From Microthrixaceae bacterium (GTDB lineage Bacteria > Actinomycetota > Acidimicrobiia > Acidimicrobiales > Microtrichaceae), in contig JBAOHV010000004.1 of the NCBI GenBank assembly GCA_037045265.1, positions 186,328 to 250,327 of the forward strand: a DNA stretch of 64,000 bases, written 5' to 3'. The position numbers and the translations under genes are program-made. The notes under the pieces were generated by a model that searched no databases, had not been told where the DNA came from, and was given only the letters and a program-made list of their open reading frames with translations. This document shows, one piece after another, positions 58,143 through 64,000 of this stretch (positions within the stretch are counted from its first letter, which is position 1; each line of letters begins with the position of its first letter).

Positions 58143-58181
58143 GTTCCTCTGGGCCTGTGGTGGTCGTGAAGTTCGGGATGG

Positions 58182-61100
58182 TCAGCTGCTGCGCACGCGC
58201 CGTCGCTGCAGGTTCTCGCGCCTGCGAGCAGCGCGGTCGGCGCTCGCCTGACGCAGCGATGCACCGCCGTCGCCCGACAGCGAGTCCGAGAACGAGCGCA
58301 CAGTCGGGTGCCGGTAGAGCTCGGTCAACGCGATGGGCCGCTCGAGCAGCTCCTTCAGCCGACGGTGCATGCGCACGATCAACAGTGAATGACCGCCGAT
58401 GTCGAAGAAGTTGTCGTCGATGCCGATTCCGCTGCGTCCGAGGGTCTCCTCCCAGACCGACAGCACCAGCCGCTCGGTCTCGTTCGACGCTTCGGCCGCC
58501 GGCGAGGCGCTGTCACGCCGCGCCAAGTCGCCGAGCGACGGCAGGGCGTTGCGGTCGATCTTGCCGTTCGGGGTGTGGGGCAGGTCCGCGAGCAGCACAA
58601 GGTGACCGGGGACCATGACGTCGGGCAGCACACTGCGCAGACGGTCCTTGAGCTCGGCGGCATCGAGGGTGGCTCCCGCCGAAGCGGACGCGTAGGCGAC
58701 GAGCTGCTGATCGCCCGGCGAGTCCTCGCGGACCGCTGCAACGCATTCGCGCACACCTGGGCAGCGCCCGAGCTGCGCCTCGATCTCGCCCAGCTCGATC
58801 CGGTAGCCACGGATCTTGACCTGGTGATCGATTCGGCCCAGGAACTCCAGGAGCCCACTTCCGTCGGCCTGTTCTCGCCAACGGGCCAGGTCACCTGTCA
58901 GGTACATGCGATGGTCACCGCCGCGGAACGGGTCGGCGACGAAGCGCTCGGCTGTGAGCTCCGGCCGTTCGTGGTAGCCGCGCACCACGCCGAGACCGCC
59001 GATCCACAGCTCGCCAGCGACACCCGGCGGAACGGGCTGGTGGTTGCGGTCCAGTATGTAGATCCGGGTGTTGGCTATCGGTGTCCCGATCGGGATGATG
59101 TTCAGATCGCCGTGCAGGGGCCACGTGGTCGACCAGATGGTCGTCTCGGTCGGACCGTACATGTTCGTGACCTTGCCGCTGAGTGAGCGGGTGCGCAGCT
59201 CGTCCGCCAGTGCGACCGGGAAGGCTTCGCCGCCGACGAACAGGTGCTCCACCGAGGCGAGCGCGTCGCGCGACTCTTCCTGCATGCTGAGCATGCGTGC
59301 CATCGACGGGGTGCACTGCATGTGGGTGACCCCGTGGCGTGTCAGCTGGGAGGCGACCGACTGGTCGAGTGCCGCCGGCTGCGCCTCGGGATCGGCCTGT
59401 GCCCCTGCCCCTGCGTTGGACTCACGTCGGATGCGGTCGAGCAACGGGAGCGAATCGAGCACCTCGTCGGTGTCGATGCCGAAGTCGATGAGACAAGCGA
59501 TCTCATCGACACCGATGCCCTTGAGCTTGTCGACGGTCTCGCGGCAGCGCTCAGGCGTTCCGAAGAGCCCTGACGTCTCGTAGTAGCGCAGGAAGGCGAA
59601 CTCGAGCACCGCGTCCATCTCGTCGTCACCCAGGTCGTGGAAGACGTCGTCGTTCAGGTCGTCTGCAGTCCGGGGAGCGGCGCCACCGGGGCGCTGGAAG
59701 GCCGGGAAGCTCCACGCGTAGTCGCGCAGCAGCGAGGCGGAGGTGCCCAGGTAGTCCTTGAGCGGACCGCGGACCTTCTCGCGAACGACATCTTCGTCCT
59801 CGCCGACGAACGTGTGAAGCATCAGGCTGACGATGCCGGCGTCGGGGTCGAACCCGGCTTCGGCACGAGCCTGACGGTAGGCCTCGATCTTCGGCGCGAG
59901 CTGCTCGATCGACTGCCCGAGCAGGTGGGTCAGCACGTTCGCACCCACCCTTCCGGCCTGGACGTAGGTGTCCGGGTTGCCGGCGGTGGTCACCCATGCC
60001 GGCACTTCCTCCTGCACCGGTCGGGGCAAGGTGCGAACCGGAACCTCGGCACCGTCGACGCCGATGAAGGTCACCGTCTCCCCCCGCCACAGACGACGCA
60101 GCTGATCGAGGCCCTCGAACATCTTGGCCTTGGCGTCCTTGTAGTTCTGCGGACGCAGCACGAAGTCGTTGGGCTGCCACCCCGACGCCACCGAGATGCC
60201 GACACGGCCGTCGGACAGGTTGTCCACGACGCTCCACGCCTCGGCCACGCGGATCGGGTGCTCCAGCGGCATGACCACGGACCCGGAGCGGATCTTGACG
60301 CGCTCGGTGATCGTCGCGATCGCCGCGCTGGTCACTGCCGGCTGCGGGTAGAGCCCACCGAAGTCGTGGAAGTGCCGCTCGGGGGTCCAAACTGCGGTGA
60401 AGTCGTGCCGGTCGGCGAATCGGGCCCCGTCGAGCAGGAGGCGATAGCGGTCCGAACCTGCACCGGTGCTCGCGTCACCGGAGAAGTAGAACAGCGAGAA
60501 GTCCATCGGCAGCTGTGGGTGCTGCTCGACGAAGATGCCCTGGTCCTCGTCGTCCTCGTCGTCATGGCGGTCACGGTCGAGGTAGACGACGACGCTGAAG
60601 CCGCGTGCCAGGGTGTAGAGGAGCTCCAGAACCGAGATGTCGAACGACAACGAGGTGACCGCGAACCAGGTCGCCGGCAGCTCGTGGGCAACCCGCTCGT
60701 CCATTCCCTCGAAGAAGTTGACGACGTTGCCGTGCTCGATGAGCACGCCTTTGGGGAGACCCGTGCTGCCCGAGGTGTAGATGCAGTAGGCCAGGTTCGA
60801 CGGCGACACGTCGACCATCGGCCTGGTCGTCGGCCGCGAAGCGATCAGCTCACGATCCTCATCGAGCGACACCACGGTGATGTGCTCGCTCACGTCGAGC
60901 GGGAGCGTGTCACGCTGGGCCGACTGCGTTAGAACGACCTCACACCCGCTGTCGTTGATCATGTGCTCGAGCCGGTTGGCTGGGTAGACGGGGTCGAGCG
61001 GCACGTAGGCACCACCGGCCTTGTGGACACCGAGCACCGCCACGACGAGGTCGATGCCACGGGTGACGTGGACTCCGACGAGGTCGTCCGGGCCGACTCC

Positions 61101-62936
61101 CAGGTCGATCAGGCTGTGGGCCAGGCGGTTCGCCCGCTCGTCGAGCTCGCGGTAGGTGATCGACCGGTCCTCGAACACGACCGCCGTCACGTCGGGAGAC
61201 GTGTCGGCGGTGGCCTCGATCAGCTGGTGGACGGTCGTCGCGGGTACCGGTCGGTCCGTGGCGTTCCAGTCCTCCAGGATGCGATGCCGGAGCTCGGTTC
61301 CCAGCAGGTCGACGTGACCCACCGGGCGAGTCGGGTCGCTCGCCAGCTCCTCGAGCACCGCCTTCAGACAGGACACGAGCAGCGCCCCGTCGGCGGCGTC
61401 GACGAGACCGGTGTCGAGCACCACCGACCAACCCGTGGCGCCCTCGACGAGCTCCGCCACGACCTCGTCGGCGGTGTCGCCCTCACCGAAGCGAACAGCA
61501 ACCGGCAGAAGCCGCCCGGCGGCGAGGTCGGGGTTGCGTGTCAGGTCCGGGTGACGGGCGATCAGCTCCTGGGCGAACGGCAACCGCCCGCGTGCGGCTG
61601 CGAGTCGATCGGCCACCCCTGACACGGCGCCGGCCAGCGACTCGGTGGGGTCGATGCTGATCTCGACGGGTGCGGAGCGTGCGAACAGACCGGCCGTGGC
61701 GCCGAGCGCACCGGCCCACGCGGCGTCGCTCACTGCGAGGTGGAACCTGTCCTTGCCCACGAGCCTGGACAGCAGCGTCGCCCATGCGCCGACCACGGCG
61801 TCGACCGCGAGTCCGTCCGGTACGTCCAGCGCCGTACGTTCGTGGCGGGCGACATGGTCGGCGGTCGGGGTCCTGGCCCAGGGCAGCTCCACGGGCTCGA
61901 GCGAGTGGAGCTGGCGCTCGTACAGGGACTCCGCTCGAGCCGCCTGCGCTGCCAGAGAAACCAGCGCCTCGCCCGTCCTCGGGTCGAGGCTCGACAGCAC
62001 GCGACCCGGCCGCAGGTCGTGGGCCTCGATCGCCTGGGTCAGGTCGAGAGCCCCACCCCTGGCGGTGGCGACCGCGGTTATGGCCAGCGCGCCCTCGCCG
62101 CATGCGACGACGACTGCATCGGGGTCGCTCGAGATGATCGTGCCGGACACACCTGCCACGTCACGCACCTCGGCAGAGACGACCGTCACCGTCCCGTCGC
62201 TGCTCGACAGGTCGCCGACGACGAGCTTGGGTGTGCACACCGTGTTCGGGTACGGACCGAAGCTCAGGGCCCGCACCAGTCGGTCGAGTTCCGCCGCGGG
62301 TCGCGAGAAGTCCAGTATGCCGAAAGCGTCGGGGCGGTCATGACGACTGAAGGTGCGCCGCTGGATCGAGGTGTCCTGGGGCCGCCCGGTGACATCACCG
62401 GAGACCAGCAGGTCGATGAGCTCCTGGAAGGAGTCGATCGCGGCCTCGAAGTTGCGCGTGTTGAGCGACAGCGAGGTCTCCTCGTCGGCCACGTCGAAGC
62501 GACGCTCGACGAGGACGTCGCCCTCATCGATGCCTGCGGTGACGAGGTGCCAGGTGATGCCGTAGGTGGGCGCGCCGTCGATCAGCGCCCACACAGGAGC
62601 GTTCAGGCCTCCGTAGGCGGGCAACAGGCCGTCGTGGAAGTTGACAGAACCCCGTTCGGGTATCGACAGGACGCTGTCGGGCAGCAGCTTCAGGTGAGTG
62701 ATGGCGAGCAGCCAGTCGAAGCTGTGCCGCGACAGCTGCTGCTCCCACTCGGCGGTGGGCCCCGACGCGTCGAACCAGGCCAGGTCCTTGGAACGAGCCC
62801 ATTCGCCGACCTTGGGGGTGCCGGCGGCGACCACGGTGACCTCGTGGCCGGCAGCCAGCAGGGCCTCTCCACACTCGACGAGCAGGCTGTCTGCACCAAC
62901 GAGTGCGCACCGGAGGCGCTGATCTGTAGTGGTCAT
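58182..62936 (-). CDS. NRPS loading module: formyltransferase domain / C-like linker / adenylation domain interrupted by a luciferase-like monooxygenase / PCP
   Basis: Intact 1584 aa. F: SVNFHDGLLPAYGGLNAPVWALIDG...GIDEGDVL. A: LAYCIYTSGSTGLPKGV, FDISVLEL | LLM insert MDFSLFYFSG...FTAVWTPERHF...LIDFG | NMYGPTETTIWST, YLTGDL, KIRGYRIELGEIE, PNGKIDR. PCP: FFDIGGHSLL. Confidence 0.9.
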   Translation of the reverse strand: MTTTDQRLRCALVGADSLLVECGEALLAAGHEVTVVAAGTPKVGEWARSKDLAWFDASGPTAEWEQQLSRHSFDWLLAITHLKLLPDSVLSIPERGSVNFHDGLLPAYGGLNAPVWALIDGAPTYGITWHLVTAGIDEGDVLVERRFDVADEETSLSLNTRNFEAAIDSFQELIDLLVSGDVTGRPQDTSIQRRTFSRHDRPDAFGILDFSRPAAELDRLVRALSFGPYPNTVCTPKLVVGDLSSSDGTVTVVSAEVRDVAGVSGTIISSDPDAVVVACGEGALAITAVATARGGALDLTQAIEAHDLRPGRVLSSLDPRTGEALVSLAAQAARAESLYERQLHSLEPVELPWARTPTADHVARHERTALDVPDGLAVDAVVGAWATLLSRLVGKDRFHLAVSDAAWAGALGATAGLFARSAPVEISIDPTESLAGAVSGVADRLAAARGRLPFAQELIARHPDLTRNPDLAAGRLLPVAVRFGEGDTADEVVAELVEGATGWSVVLDTGLVDAADGALLVSCLKAVLEELASDPTRPVGHVDLLGTELRHRILEDWNATDRPVPATTVHQLIEATADTSPDVTAVVFEDRSITYRELDERANRLAHSLIDLGVGPDDLVGVHVTRGIDLVVAVLGVHKAGGAYVPLDPVYPANRLEHMINDSGCEVVLTQSAQRDTLPLDVSEHITVVSLDEDRELIASRPTTRPMVDVSPSNLAYCIYTSGSTGLPKGVLIEHGNVVNFFEGMDERVAHELPATWFAVTSLSFDISVLELLYTLARGFSVVVYLDRDRHDDEDDEDQGIFVEQHPQLPMDFSLFYFSGDASTGAGSDRYRLLLDGARFADRHDFTAVWTPERHFHDFGGLYPQPAVTSAAIATITERVKIRSGSVVMPLEHPIRVAEAWSVVDNLSDGRVGISVASGWQPNDFVLRPQNYKDAKAKMFEGLDQLRRLWRGETVTFIGVDGAEVPVRTLPRPVQEEVPAWVTTAGNPDTYVQAGRVGANVLTHLLGQSIEQLAPKIEAYRQARAEAGFDPDAGIVSLMLHTFVGEDEDVVREKVRGPLKDYLGTSASLLRDYAWSFPAFQRPGGAAPRTADDLNDDVFHDLGDDEMDAVLEFAFLRYYETSGLFGTPERCRETVDKLKGIGVDEIACLIDFGIDTDEVLDSLPLLDRIRRESNAGAGAQADPEAQPAALDQSVASQLTRHGVTHMQCTPSMARMLSMQEESRDALASVEHLFVGGEAFPVALADELRTRSLSGKVTNMYGPTETTIWSTTWPLHGDLNIIPIGTPIANTRIYILDRNHQPVPPGVAGELWIGGLGVVRGYHERPELTAERFVADPFRGGDHRMYLTGDLARWREQADGSGLLEFLGRIDHQVKIRGYRIELGEIEAQLGRCPGVRECVAAVREDSPGDQQLVAYASASAGATLDAAELKDRLRSVLPDVMVPGHLVLLADLPHTPNGKIDRNALPSLGDLARRDSASPAAEASNETERLVLSVWEETLGRSGIGIDDNFFDIGGHSLLIVRMHRRLKELLERPIALTELYRHPTVRSFSDSLSGDGGASLRQASADRAARRRENLQRRRVRSS

Positions 62937-63136
62937 CGTTTCTTCCTCACGATCGGACGGACGGCACCAGGAAGCGCCTGGGGTGGGTTCGCCGACGAAC
63001 GCGATCGTAACGCTGCTTCGACTGCTACCACAGGGCCCTATCGGTCACAGCAGGCCGAACATGAGCGGGTGGCCGTGGGTCACAGGGCAGGCTGCACACC
63101 GAACTGGGCCGCGACGACAAGAATGCGTCGGTGCGC

Positions 63137-64000
63137 ATGACCTTCGAGGCACTGAAGAAGCTCCGACAGAGCGGGCTCGTAGGCGAGTCCTCGTGGGGGC
63201 TCGGGCTCGAGGTGACCGCCCTTCTCGGCACGATCCTGTCGTTCATGTTCCTCGGGCGATCATTGGGACCCGAGGGCTATGGCGGCTATGCGTCGCTCTA
63301 CGCGATCGTCGGCCCTCTGGTGACACTCGCCGCTTCGGGGGTGACGCTGTCGCTGCTCCAGCACGTGATGCGCGACGGCGAGCCGCTGGAACGAACCGCC
63401 AGGTCGTGCCTGACCTTGGGCCTGGGCCTGGGGATCGCCCTGACCGGGATCGGCTTCGGTTTCGCCTTGTGGATAATCGAGACCCTCTCGATGGCGGCGA
63501 TCCTGTCGATACTCCTGACCGAGTTCGTCACCATGCCGGTGCTCAACCTGGCCGCCGCGACGGTGCAGGCTACGACCGGGTTCGGCGGCGCGGCGAGGAT
63601 CCGCATATTCGTGATGGTCGCCCGGATCGTGGTGCTCGTAGCCCTGTTCGCCACCTCGTCGCTGACCGTCGAGTCGTTCGGTGTATCGATGCTGTCGATC
63701 TCGACGATCTCAGGGATCTTCTTCCTCCACGTCGTCGGAAAGGAGCACGGATTCGCTTTCGTACCGGGTCGGGTTCTGTGGCCCCATGTGAAGTCGAACC
63801 TCTCCTACTCGGGCGGGATCTCCGCCGACTCCCTGGGCAACGACGGCGACAAGCTCGTGCTCGCCGCCAACCAGATGGTGGTCGAGACGGGCCTCTACTC
63901 CGCTGCCTACAGAGTCGTGCAGATGGGGCTGGTCCCGGTCGGGAGCGTCATCCAGGCGACCCATGGCCGCTTCCTCACCCACGAGGAGGGACTGAAGGGC
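63137..64000 (+). CDS. polysaccharide biosynthesis / oligosaccharide flippase (MOP/Wzx-like), 3' end outside window
   Basis: Own translation: MTFEALKKLRQSGLVGESSWGLGLEVTALLGTILSFMFLGRSLGPEGYGGYASLYAIVGPLVTLAASG... Open for 288 codons to the window edge with multiple TM segments. Absent from the ORF track because no stop is reached. Confidence 0.65.
   Translation, partial: MTFEALKKLRQSGLVGESSWGLGLEVTALLGTILSFMFLGRSLGPEGYGGYASLYAIVGPLVTLAASGVTLSLLQHVMRDGEPLERTARSCLTLGLGLGIALTGIGFGFALWIIETLSMAAILSILLTEFVTMPVLNLAAATVQATTGFGGAARIRIFVMVARIVVLVALFATSSLTVESFGVSMLSISTISGIFFLHVVGKEHGFAFVPGRVLWPHVKSNLSYSGGISADSLGNDGDKLVLAANQMVVETGLYSAAYRVVQMGLVPVGSVIQATHGRFLTHEEGLKG

Noticed and set aside
1-64000. Mobile elements, prophage, integrase or transposase, tRNA or rRNA genes
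   Set aside because: No translation in any frame showed DDE/HUH/tyrosine-recombinase-like motifs. The intergenic regions are too short (mostly under 250 nt) and lack tRNA-like cloverleaf candidates on inspection.

Overview
High-GC (roughly 68-70%) actinobacterial chromosomal window; the class is not certain. No rRNA, tRNA, CRISPR array, transposase or integrase was found. The backbone is a conserved housekeeping block on the minus strand: tilS-hpt, folE-folP-folB-folK, panC, nadB-nadC, coaX, lysS, clpC, radA-disA, ispD-ispF-rlmB.

Three accessory regions stand out.
1. 13.4-17.4 kb is an orphan methylamine-dehydrogenase-light-chain-like (MauA-like) protein. It is Tat-secreted, has about 26 Cys, and is flanked by MauE-like, MauD/TlpA-like and CcdA-like genes. 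No heavy chain, MauG or amicyanin is present.
2. 51.6-62.9 kb is an intact two-gene NRPS-PKS pair sitting between polysaccharide chain-length and flippase genes. The NRPS is formyltransferase / A domain split by a luciferase-like monooxygenase / PCP. The PKS is KS-AT-KR-DH-ACP-TE.
3. A dual-specificity-phosphatase-like protein lacking the catalytic Cys is embedded in the folate operon.

Many genes carry frame breaks, and these are very unevenly distributed. The thiolase has about 18 in 1.2 kb. The 32.6-36.6 kb stretch (bfr, ABC ATPase, lysS, coaX) has many. The 11.3 kb of NRPS+PKS has none. This looks like local sequence-quality trouble rather than ordinary gene decay, but it needs read-level confirmation.

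All calls come from reading the supplied ORF translations, my own manual translations and remembered family motifs. No searches were run. Frameshift positions are approximate.
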